Positions 1-8,117 of a DNA stretch of 64,000 nt are shown one piece after another; positions within the stretch are counted from its first letter, which is position 1, and each line of letters starts with the position of its first letter. Below the pieces are notes generated by a model. The model ran no database searches. It was not told the DNA's origin and was given only the letters and a program-made list of their open reading frames with translations. Origin of the DNA: a virus. Both the position numbers and the translations under genes were made by a program. Location: IMG/VR virus record IMGVR_UViG_3300045988_174665; one strand, written 5' to 3'.

Positions 1-335
1 AATGGTTTCTCCGAATTTTATAATAGAAATTGGACTTTTAGCAACTATGACATCATTTGGAGCATTAATAAATAACTGTATTTTCGCAGTTTTTAATCCG
101 GTATATTCTTTTGTAATAAGAAACCCTACTCTTGATTTTGTTTTTTCTAAAGAACCATTAATACGATATGGTCCATTTTTATCATCAGTTAATCTCAAAG
201 AATAACTAAAATTTTCATTACACCAGAGCGAAGGGAGAGTATAAAAAATTTGCGTAGCATTATTTTCTCCACTATATCCAATAATGCGTGGGGCAAAATA
301 TTCTTTACTTATATCTAAAATAATTGCTCTTGCCA
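1..335 (-). CDS. hypothetical protein, N-terminal part only (ORF runs off the left window edge); absent from the supplied ORF track
   Basis: ATG at 335-333 lies 5 nt downstream of AGGAGGT (revcomp of 341-347). Manual translation MARAIILDISKEYFAPRIIGYSGENNATQIFYTLPSLWCNENFSY... stays open for 111 codons to nt 3. The listed + ORF 2..205 is its antisense shadow. Confidence 0.6.
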
Positions 336-355
336 TCTTTACCTCCTAATTATAA

Positions 356-391
356 AAATCTCCTCTTTCTATAAGTAAAAAGAGGAGATTT
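356..391 (-). terminator. stem-loop downstream of gene 397..723
   Basis: 13-bp perfect inverted repeat AAATCTCCTCTTT (356-368) / AAAGAGGAGATTT (378-390). On the - strand it is followed by a short T run. Confidence 0.5.
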
Positions 392-396
392 AGACT

Positions 397-723
397 TTAA
401 TCATTTGGTTTTGTTTTTAAGCTTTCTTTTCTTATAACTTTTATTATATAATCAGCCCGACTATTTAATAATTTTAAAAATTGATAAGTCAAATCATTCC
501 TTTCAAATATAGGATAAACATATAAACTTCCTTTTCCAACAAGTTCTGCACCAAACAGCTCTCGGCACATTATTAAATATTGAGCATAAGATAACTCCAT
601 AAGGCGGGCGGGCAATATATTATAACTACCAGTAGTTCCCTTTAAATGAAGAGCTTCATAATTTGGAAAAATCATAAATTTATTCTCTCGACTTGGAATA
701 CTTTCAAAATTAAAATACTTCAT
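397..723 (-). CDS. hypothetical protein
   Basis: ATG at 723 overlaps the upstream stop (ATGA, 723-720) and follows GGAAGGAG. The track's earlier ATG (741) has no SD. No motif recognised. Confidence 0.6.
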   Translation of the reverse strand: MKYFNFESIPSRENKFMIFPNYEALHLKGTTGSYNILPARLMELSYAQYLIMCRELFGAELVGKGSLYVYPIFERNDLTYQFLKLLNSRADYIIKVIRKESLKTKPND

Positions 724-1025
724 ATCAAAATCTCCTTCCAAAGCTCTTTAATCTCATCTTTTTCTTTTTCTGATAAGACACAAATGTCTCCATAATTGTC
801 AATACCAACAAAATTAATACCTGTGAATTCAGGCAGGTCTTCTTTGTGAAACTCTGTCTTTTTTGTTTCTTTTACTTTTTTATAATCCTTTATAATATAT
901 TTTTTGACAGTCGTTGGTGAAGGGCTTCCGCCAAGAGCTCGACTTACACCAGCATAAGTGCCGATTTCCAAATAAAGGTCATTTATTTTTGTTATTAATT
1001 CCTGAGTGACTACAGTTCTCGCCAT
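720..1025 (-). CDS. small protein with a putative N-terminal helix-turn-helix
   Basis: ITKINDLYLEIGTYAGVSRALGGSPSPTTVKKYI resembles an HTH. A consensus promoter lies upstream at 1076-1104. Function is inferred from the motif only. Confidence 0.45.
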   Translation of the reverse strand: MARTVVTQELITKINDLYLEIGTYAGVSRALGGSPSPTTVKKYIIKDYKKVKETKKTEFHKEDLPEFTGINFVGIDNYGDICVLSEKEKDEIKELWKEILI

Positions 1026-1075
1026 TAAACTTTCACCCTTTCATTTTTATTTTTATTATTTTTTATTACAAATAT

Positions 1076-1104
1076 ATTATAAAGAAAATTTTTTATAAGT
1101 TCAA
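1076..1104 (-). promoter_or_regulatory. sigma70/sigmaA-type promoter for gene 720..1025
   Basis: On the - strand: TTGAAC (1104-1099), 17-nt spacer, TATAAT (1081-1076). Confidence 0.6.
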
Positions 1105-1181
1105 ATTTTTAGATTTAAAAAAGAGAAATAAAATTTTAGCTATTATTATAATAATATTAACATTATTATAAATTTATATAA

Positions 1182-1214
1182 TAAAAAAAGAAAAGAAATA
1201 AATTTCTTTTCTTT
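1182..1214 (-). terminator. rho-independent terminator after the holin-like gene
   Basis: 13-bp inverted repeat AAAGAAAAGAAAT (1187-1199) / ATTTCTTTTCTTT (1202-1214). An A run on + (1183-1189) gives a T run on the - strand. Confidence 0.55.
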
Positions 1215-1233
1215 TCCACCATTTTCTTTTCTT

Positions 1234-1261
1234 TGAATATTCATCTTTTTTTGAATATTCG
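1234..1261. repeat. two tandem GAATATTC-core palindromes
   Basis: TGAATATTCA (1234-1243) and TGAATATTCG (1252-1261) lie 18 bp apart, each followed by a T run. Confidence 0.7.
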
Positions 1262-1338
1262 TCTTTTTTTAAATTTTCTTTTTCCTTTTATATTTATGCG
1301 TGCGTGTGTAAATATAAAAATTTTTTCTAAAAGTCAAA

Positions 1339-1617
1339 TTATTTCTTAATCAATTCAATTATTTCAGATACAACTGAACTTCCTGCCATTAAAGTTAATC
1401 CAGTGATAAGTTGACCCATTAAAGTAACTTCAGACCATAAACCCAAACCAACAATTAAGTCTAAACCAAAGCTAAATACTAAAGCAAAGCCAAAGACAGC
1501 CGCAAGAGCTATTGTAATATACTTACCATATTTTACTTCACTCCAAAGTGGTTTGATTCTGTCAATTAGATACCACATAATTATACTTAAAGCTGTAATT
1601 AAACCTATCATATCCAT
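1339..1617 (-). CDS. putative holin
   Basis: 92 aa with hydrophobic segments (LITALSIIMWYLI; ITIALAAVFGFALVFSFGLDLIVGLGLW; LITGLTLMAGSSVV) and a charged C-terminus EIIELIKK. AAGGAG lies 10 nt upstream of the ATG. Confidence 0.55.
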   Translation of the reverse strand: MDMIGLITALSIIMWYLIDRIKPLWSEVKYGKYITIALAAVFGFALVFSFGLDLIVGLGLWSEVTLMGQLITGLTLMAGSSVVSEIIELIKK

Positions 1618-1679
1618 TTTCTATCATCTCCTTATTTTCTTATTTATAAGTAGATTTTTAAAAAGGTTTATAAAATAAT

Positions 1680-1708
1680 TTGATTTTTTTTGAAAAATTT
1701 CTTATAAT
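1680..1708 (+). promoter_or_regulatory. sigma70-type promoter heading the + strand replication arm
   Basis: TTGATT (1680-1685), 17-nt spacer, TATAAT (1703-1708), 35 nt upstream of the ATG at 1743. Confidence 0.6.
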
Positions 1709-1742
1709 TATTTATATAAAAAAATAAAAAGGAGAATTAAAT

Positions 1743-2249
1743 ATGAAGAAAAAGAATGATATTTCAACTGAACCAATTTGTTTATTAGATTCTGACTTAG
1801 ATTTAATGGATAATATAATTGCAGATTTCTTAACCTCATTATATCATTTACATTATCAAAACCGAAAAATTTTTCCAAAGAAAGGCTTCTACTTTTTATT
1901 AGATGAAAAACGATATGAAGAAAAGCTACTAATTTATTTACTTCCATTAATACAAGATGTCGGAGCTTTTCCTAAAATACAAATATATACTAATTTTAAA
2001 ACTTTATTAAATTTAAAATTTAAGTACAAGAAAAATTTAGGAAAAATACATATTGGAAATTGTCCTTCAAAGATTCGCCATAACTGCGAAGAGATTAACC
2101 AATATTGGAACTTTTCAATTTCTAAATTTTCAGACAAACTAAAAGAGAAAGTAGAAACAACTCATTTTGAAAATTTAGTAATAGAAAATAAAGTTAGTGA
2201 AGTATCTAAATATATTATTAAAGCATATTACACTTTTGGAAAGGAGTAA
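1743..2249 (+). CDS. hypothetical protein
   Basis: 168-aa ORF with AAAGGAGA SD. No motif recognised. Confidence 0.6.
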   Translation: MKKKNDISTEPICLLDSDLDLMDNIIADFLTSLYHLHYQNRKIFPKKGFYFLLDEKRYEEKLLIYLLPLIQDVGAFPKIQIYTNFKTLLNLKFKYKKNLGKIHIGNCPSKIRHNCEEINQYWNFSISKFSDKLKEKVETTHFENLVIENKVSEVSKYIIKAYYTFGKE

Positions 2250-2253
2250 AGAA

Positions 2254-2742
2254 ATGACTTTTACAATTTATACTGACGGCAGCTGCAAAGGTAATGGCAA
2301 ATCAAATAACACCGGCGGCTATGCTTTTATCATCCTATATGATGATGAATTTGAACCCAGTAAACAGCACATCAAGGTTGAATATAGTCGAGGAGTAAAA
2401 AATACCACCAACAATAGAATGGAATTATCAGCTATTATTGAGGCTTTTAAATGTCTATCTTTTTATTCTACTTCTTCTTGTCCTGTTGAGTTATATACTG
2501 ATAGTGCTTATTTTCATAATTGTTACACTCAAAAATGGTGGAAAAATTGGGTGAAGAATGGCTGGAAAAATTCTAAAAAAGAACCCGTAAAAAATCAAGA
2601 CCTTTGGGAAAAACTCATTCCTTATATGGATAACTCATTAATTACTTTCAAAAAAGTAAAAGGTCATAATGGCGATTACTGGAATGAAAAAGTTGACTCA
2701 ATGGCGCAGGCAGCCGCAAATACTGTAAAATTGGAGGAATAA
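2254..2742 (+). CDS. rnhA: ribonuclease HI
   Basis: Start taken at MTFTIYTDGS (GGAAAGGAG SD). RNase H1 signature present: YTDGSC...GGYAFI, NNRMELSAIIEAF, LYTDSAY, KVKGHNG..WNEKVD. Confidence 0.9.
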   Translation: MTFTIYTDGSCKGNGKSNNTGGYAFIILYDDEFEPSKQHIKVEYSRGVKNTTNNRMELSAIIEAFKCLSFYSTSSCPVELYTDSAYFHNCYTQKWWKNWVKNGWKNSKKEPVKNQDLWEKLIPYMDNSLITFKKVKGHNGDYWNEKVDSMAQAAANTVKLEE

Positions 2743-2743
2743 T

Positions 2744-3370
2744 ATGATTACTTGTATTAATACACAAACTTCTGAACAAAAGGAAAGAATCCTTCCTAAA
2801 ATTAAAATAGGACTTGCTGAACCACCTACAGTTATAATTGTTAATGGCTATCCTCGTTCGGGAAAAGATAGTTTTATAAGATTTTGTGATGACTGTTTAA
2901 ATGAGTGGGGATTTGCGACCGAAAGTTGTAGCTCTATAGATATTGTTAAAAAGATTGCTATTCAACTTTTTGATTGGGACGGTAAAAAAACTCCTAAGAG
3001 TAGAAAATTTTTAAGCGATTTAAAGGATATCTTAACCAGAGCAGGTAATATTCCTTTAAGATATATCATACATCAATTTATTAAATTTTATAAGATTAAA
3101 AATATTGGCAACTTAGATAAGAAATTTTTCTTTGTTCAAATGAGAGAGCCAAAAGAAATAGAAAAAACAGTTAATTATTTTACCAGAGAAGGAATAAAAG
3201 TTATTACAGTTTTTGTAAATAAGGGCTATGAAAAGAATAAAAAATATTCCAATCACGCCGATGCTGAAGTGGAAAATTATTTTTATAATTTTTATATAGA
3301 AAATCAATCTTCTCTTGAAGATTTGGAAAGATTAGCTTGGCAATTTTGTAGAGAGGTTTTAGTTCCGTAA
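2744..3370 (+). CDS. P-loop kinase, dNMP-kinase-like
   Basis: VIIVNGYPRSGKDSF matches the GxxRSGKD P-loop of the T4 gp1-type deoxynucleotide monophosphate kinase family. The rest is unassigned. Confidence 0.5.
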   Translation: MITCINTQTSEQKERILPKIKIGLAEPPTVIIVNGYPRSGKDSFIRFCDDCLNEWGFATESCSSIDIVKKIAIQLFDWDGKKTPKSRKFLSDLKDILTRAGNIPLRYIIHQFIKFYKIKNIGNLDKKFFFVQMREPKEIEKTVNYFTREGIKVITVFVNKGYEKNKKYSNHADAEVENYFYNFYIENQSSLEDLERLAWQFCREVLVP

Positions 3371-3385
3371 GAAAGGAGAAAGCAA

Positions 3386-4486
3386 ATGATAGATTATAAA
3401 GAACTTGAAGCAGAAAAATATTGGTCTTTTCCAAAAGCCTATAAAGGTGATAAGAAATTGGAAACAAAAAATATGATTATGTCAGGAGATTATTTGGGTG
3501 CTAGAAAAATGGACGGAGCTTATTACCGTTTCGTAAAAGATAATGAAGGTAATATGGTCTTACAGGGTCGCAGCCGCAGTGTAACTGGTTCTTTCTTAAA
3601 TAAGATTGATTTAGTCCCACATTTAATGCCTTTTTTTGAGGAACTTCCAAATAATACTTGTCTATTAGGAGAAATTTATTTTCCTAATAAAGAAGGTAGT
3701 AATGAAGTAACCAAAATAATGGGTTGCAAAAAAGATAAGGCTATAGCCAGACAGATAGAAAACAAATTGCATTATTATATCTTTGATGTTTGGGAATATA
3801 ATGGAGAAGATTTTATATCTAAAACTGCCGACAAGCGTTTTGGTCAACTCACCCTATTAGCTTTTAAAATTTCAGATTGTCGTTTTTCTTATGTAGAAAC
3901 AGCAAAATATTACGATGGAGAAGATTTGTGGGAACAGCTACAGATTATTCTTTCTAATGGCGGCGAAGGTATTGTAATGACAAAAAGAGATAGTATTGCC
4001 GCACCAGGCAAAAGAACTGCTCGAAAGACTTTAAAAGTTAAGAAAGAAATTTCTAATACAATTGATTGCATTTTTACTGGTGCAATTACGCCTCCAAATA
4101 AACATTATGAAGGAAAGGAAATTGAAAACTGGCAATATTGGGAAAATATGGTTACTAAAGAAAAAGTTCTTGGTAAACATTATATCGACTACTATGAAGG
4201 AAAGCCAATAACACCAGTTACAAAACCATATTTTTATGACTGGGCAGGTAGTCTAGAAATTGGCTTAGTTAAAGGTAATAAAGTAATTCCAATTGGATAT
4301 ATTAGTGGTTTGACTGATGAAATAAAAGCTAATTATGAAAAATATAAAGGAAAAGTAATTGAAATTAGCTGTATGGAAATTCACAATACAGAAAACCACG
4401 GTTTAAGACACGCAAAATTTATTCGTTTTAGACCAGATAAAACTCCCAGAGATTGTGAATGGAGTCAGTTAGAGGAGGTAAATTAA
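3386..4486 (+). CDS. ATP-dependent DNA ligase
   Basis: Nucleotidyltransferase motifs: I ARKMDG (KxDG), III LLGEIYF, IIIa YYIFDVW, IV GEGIVMTK, V LKVKK. Confidence 0.85.
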   Translation: MIDYKELEAEKYWSFPKAYKGDKKLETKNMIMSGDYLGARKMDGAYYRFVKDNEGNMVLQGRSRSVTGSFLNKIDLVPHLMPFFEELPNNTCLLGEIYFPNKEGSNEVTKIMGCKKDKAIARQIENKLHYYIFDVWEYNGEDFISKTADKRFGQLTLLAFKISDCRFSYVETAKYYDGEDLWEQLQIILSNGGEGIVMTKRDSIAAPGKRTARKTLKVKKEISNTIDCIFTGAITPPNKHYEGKEIENWQYWENMVTKEKVLGKHYIDYYEGKPITPVTKPYFYDWAGSLEIGLVKGNKVIPIGYISGLTDEIKANYEKYKGKVIEISCMEIHNTENHGLRHAKFIRFRPDKTPRDCEWSQLEEVN

Positions 4487-4878
4487 TGAGTTATAAAATG
4501 AGTAGTTTTGAACTAAAGGTTGCCCGAATATTAACTAAAAATAACATTAATTTTATTAGAGAGAAGACCTTTTATGACCTTAAAAAAGGTCTTCTTCGTT
4601 TTGATTTTTTTCTACCAAAAGAAAGAATTTTAATAGAATGCGATGGTGAGCAACATTTTACTCAAGTTAAGTTCTTCCAAAGAAAAAGAAAAGATTTTAC
4701 TCAAGCTCAAGAAAGAGACAGAATTAAAAATGCTTATTGCTTAGCTCATCAAATTCCTTTATTTCGTATTCCTTACTATGATGAATCAAAAATTAAAAAT
4801 TTGTCTGATTTATTTCAACCAAAATATAAAGTAACTTCTAAATTTCATAATGATTATATTAACCCACATAAGCAGTGA
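4486..4878 (+). CDS. DUF559/Vsr-like PD-(D/E)xK-fold nuclease, possible free-standing homing endonuclease
   Basis: Start at TAATG overlap with the ligase stop, with GGAGG SD. FDFFLPKERILIECDGEQHF matches the D...E-x-D/K core pattern (ECDGxxH) of this fold. Confidence 0.5.
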   Translation: MSYKMSSFELKVARILTKNNINFIREKTFYDLKKGLLRFDFFLPKERILIECDGEQHFTQVKFFQRKRKDFTQAQERDRIKNAYCLAHQIPLFRIPYYDESKIKNLSDLFQPKYKVTSKFHNDYINPHKQ

Positions 4879-4943
4879 ACTAAAACAGTAGACATCTTGC
4901 CTCTACTTTTTACTTATAAAGGAGTAAGGCACAGGAGATGTTT

Positions 4944-5492
4944 ATGATGCTAACCATCCAAATGATTTGTGATACTATTATTTTAGCCGGTGCAGTTGTT
5001 GTAGCAATAGTTAATATAGTAAAATTTTTTGCTAAGCCGACTTCCGTTTTTAAAAGAAAAGCAGAAGAAGAATTTCAAAGAAAAATTAAAAAAGCTTTAG
5101 AAGCCTATATCCCTCCCTATTTAGACAAGAGGGATAAAGAAAATAAAGAACAACAATTACAAGAGCAACAAAAAATTTTTTCTAAAATGAAAACAGAAAT
5201 GACTGATGAAATAAAAGCTGAATTACAAGAGATTAAAACTTTAAATGAAAAACAAAATCAAGATATTATACTAGTTAAAAAACAGGCTGTTGATATGCTC
5301 CGACAAAAAATTGAGGCTATTTATTATAAATATAGAGCTGAAAAAATTTTACCACAATTTCAATTAGAAAATTTACAAGAGCTTTTTAAAGACTATAAAA
5401 AAGGTGGCGGCAACCACCACATAGATAAGCTATATAATCGAATGTTAAAATGGCAAATTAGCGATGAATTGCCTGAATATGATAAAGAGTAA
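4944..5492 (+). CDS. membrane-anchored coiled-coil protein
   Basis: N-terminal hydrophobic helix ICDTIILAGAVVVAIVNIV, followed by a K/E/Q-rich helical region. ATG 4938, 4944 or 4947 are all possible; 4944 has the best spacing to AGGAG. Confidence 0.55.
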   Translation: MMLTIQMICDTIILAGAVVVAIVNIVKFFAKPTSVFKRKAEEEFQRKIKKALEAYIPPYLDKRDKENKEQQLQEQQKIFSKMKTEMTDEIKAELQEIKTLNEKQNQDIILVKKQAVDMLRQKIEAIYYKYRAEKILPQFQLENLQELFKDYKKGGGNHHIDKLYNRMLKWQISDELPEYDKE

Positions 5493-5519
5493 GAAATTTG
5501 ACTTCTTACTCTTTTTTTT
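5487..5519 (+). terminator. rho-independent terminator
   Basis: GAGTAAGAA (5487-5495) / TTCTTACTC (5503-5511) stem followed by T8 (5512-5519). The stop codon 5490-5492 lies inside the stem. Confidence 0.75.
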
Positions 5520-5526
5520 ATATAAT
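5498..5526 (+). promoter_or_regulatory. sigma70-type promoter for the helicase/topoisomerase genes
   Basis: TTGACT (5498-5503, inside the terminator loop), 17-nt spacer, TATAAT (5521-5526). Confidence 0.65.
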
Positions 5527-5559
5527 TATTTATATAAAGAAAGAAAGAAAGGTGATATA

Positions 5560-6624
5560 ATGTCTATTGTTTTAGATGAAACTCAAAAAGAAATTGTAGA
5601 AACAACATCTGATAGAGTTTTAGTAGTTGCGGGTAGTGGCTCTGGAAAAACCAGAGTTGTAACCGAAAGAATTAAATTTTTATTAGATAATAATGTTAAT
5701 CCAAAAGGAATTGTAGCAATTACTTTTACCAATGCAGCGGCTGAAGAAATGAGAGAGCGATTGGGTGAAAAAGCTAAAGATGCCTATATTGGTACTATTC
5801 ATTCCTATGCTAATAAACTATTGATAAAAAATGGTATCAGTACAGCGAAAGCAATAAAAGAAGAAGATTTTGATGGATTTTTTGAACTTATTGAAGATAA
5901 TCCCCAAGTATTGGAACCTGTTGAATATCTATTTGTTGATGAATTTCAAGATATAAATACTGCTCAATATATTTTCCTTATGGATATGATTAATGCGGAT
6001 AATTTTTTCGCCGTTGGTGACGATTATCAAAGTATTTATCAGTGGAGAGGTTCTAAGCCAAAATATTTCTTTAATTTAGCTAAAGACCCTAATTGTACTG
6101 TATATTTTATGAGCAATAATTATAGAACTGGATATAATATTGTTGATTTTGCTTTAGGCTTTTTGGAACCAGTTAAGAATAAAATTCCAAAAAATGTTAA
6201 ATGCTTGAACCCAAATCACGGGAAAGTCATCGAAAGAAAATCCTTAGATTTGAATTATTTATATCTAGCAATTCAAAAAGATAAAGAATATGGGAAGTGG
6301 TTCATTATAACCAGAGCAAACTCTCAAATTGATGAAGTAATGCGTTTCTTAAATAGAAATAAAATACCTTGTGATACTTTTAAAAAGGGAGATTTATCAA
6401 GCGAACAGTTGCAGAGAAAGCTAAAAGAAAATACTGTAAAGGTCTTAACTGCTCACTCTGCAAAAGGTTTAGAAAATGATTATGTTGCGGTTATGGGAAT
6501 TTCTCCTTATTCAGATGCAGAGCGAAGATTAGCCTATGTAGCAGCCACCAGAGCAAAAACTCTTCTAATTTGGCATTATTCTATAAAGGGAAAGAGAAGA
6601 AAATATATGAATAATTGGGAATAA
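5560..6624 (+). CDS. compact UvrD/PcrA-like SF1 helicase
   Basis: Start at MSIVLDE (AAAGGTGA SD). The track's longer ORF spans the terminator and promoter. Motifs: AGSGSGKTRV, ITFTNAAAEEM, VDEFQD, GDDYQSIYQWRG, NYR, TAHSAKGLE, YVAATRAK. Confidence 0.9.
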   Translation: MSIVLDETQKEIVETTSDRVLVVAGSGSGKTRVVTERIKFLLDNNVNPKGIVAITFTNAAAEEMRERLGEKAKDAYIGTIHSYANKLLIKNGISTAKAIKEEDFDGFFELIEDNPQVLEPVEYLFVDEFQDINTAQYIFLMDMINADNFFAVGDDYQSIYQWRGSKPKYFFNLAKDPNCTVYFMSNNYRTGYNIVDFALGFLEPVKNKIPKNVKCLNPNHGKVIERKSLDLNYLYLAIQKDKEYGKWFIITRANSQIDEVMRFLNRNKIPCDTFKKGDLSSEQLQRKLKENTVKVLTAHSAKGLENDYVAVMGISPYSDAERRLAYVAATRAKTLLIWHYSIKGKRRKYMNNWE

Positions 6625-6641
6625 AGGAAAGGTGAAGTATA

Positions 6642-8117
6642 GTGGATATAAAAGATTATGGAATCAATGAAATAGAAACCTTGTCCTTTAAGGACGGAGT
6701 TAGACAAAGAATTGCAATGTATTTGGGTTCAGCGGATATGCAAGGCGTTTATAATGCTATTCAAGAAATTATTTCTAATAGTATTGATGAATATTATATG
6801 GGCTTTGGTAATAAAATAAATATTAGTCTTGGTCCAGACAATATAATTGTGATTACAGATGAGGGTAGAGGAATTCCCTTTGGAATTAAAGAAGACGGCT
6901 CTAATGTCCTTGTTGATATTTTTTCTCGACCTCATACTGGTGGTAAATTTAATGATAAGGTTTATAATAGCGTAGCGGGACTAAATGGTATTGGTGCGAA
7001 AGCAACTTGTCTTTCTTCGTTAAAATTTAATGTAAGCGTTGTTAGGGACGGTCGTCATGCGACAGCTAGTTGGGAAAAGGGAAATCTTATTGACTATAAA
7101 GAAGAAGACTGGACAGATAAGCAACAACACGGTACTTCTATTCAGTTTTCCCCAGACCCAGAAGTTTATAATCTTGAACCAATTAAGATTGATTTTAATG
7201 TTTTATGTGAAAAATGTAAAAATCTTTCTTACTTAACAAAAGGACTTACTTTTGAATTAGAAGATGAAGATAAGAAAGTAGTTTATTGTGCAAAAAGAGG
7301 ACTACTTGATTTAATTAAAGATAATGTTAAAAACCCTATTAATAAAACTCCTGTTTATTTTGAAATGGAAGAAGGAGAAAATAAGGTAGAAATAGCGTTA
7401 CAGTGGACTAAAGATAAAGAAAAAAACTTTACCTTTACTAATGGACTGGAAAATATTGAAGGTGGTACTTCTTTAACAGGAATGAAGACTGCTATTACAA
7501 CCTTTATGAAGAAACAATTTAAAGGCGAATTTAACGGTGATGTGGCTCGAACTGGTCTTGTATATGCCGTTTCTTGTAAAACTCCTAATCCAAGTTTTGC
7601 GAATCAAACGAAAACTAAAATTAATAATCCAGAACTGAGAGGATTAACTCAAAGAGCTACAAATCAAGCCTTATTTGATTTCTCGGTTCGTAGACAGGAA
7701 GAATTCGATAAGGTAATCGACTTTCTTGTAAAAGAAAGAAAAGCAGAAATGGCGGCGGAAAGAGCGAGAAAAAAGTTTCTTGAAGCTGGTAAAGATGTAG
7801 AAAAAAATCAGAAAAGAAAAGTATTTGCTTCTGATAAATTAAAAGATGCTGAATTTTTGGGACAAAATTCAATTTTAACAATTGTAGAAGGAAATTCAGC
7901 TATGGGTGGCTTATCGAGAGCCAGAGATTATACTAAATATGGTCTTTTTGCAATAAGGGGTAAACTTCTTAATTGCTTATCTAACCCAGAAGAAAAAATC
8001 TTTCAAAACGAAGAAATTAAAATTCTTCTGAGTGCATTAAATATAGTGCCGGGAAAGTATGATAGTAAAAAATTAAGATACGGAAAGTTAGCTATCTGTA
8101 CTGATGCGGACTCGGAT
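6642..8117 (+). CDS. type IIA topoisomerase subunit B (GyrB/ParE-like), exon 1
   Basis: GTG start with AAAGGAAAGGTGA. GHKL ATPase boxes present (EIISNSIDE, DEGRGIP, GLNGIGAKA) and TOPRIM VEGNSAMGG. It ends inside the TOPRIM acidic motif (ICTDADSD). The in-frame RK-stop after 8117 is intron sequence. Confidence 0.85.

Noticed and set aside
2-205. + strand ORF of 67 aa at the left edge
   Set aside because: It is antisense to a better - strand ORF (1..335) that has a strong AGGAGGT SD. It has no SD of its own and a hydrophobic junk-like sequence.
1708-2137. - strand ORFs 1708..1947 and 1934..2137
   Set aside because: They are antisense to the SD-led + gene 1743..2249, lack SD sites, and have the low-complexity composition typical of AT-rich shadow frames.
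5464-5559. N-terminal extension of the helicase ORF in the track (start 5464)
   Set aside because: The extension spans a rho-independent terminator and a consensus promoter. The ATG at 5560 has an SD and is followed directly by helicase motif I.
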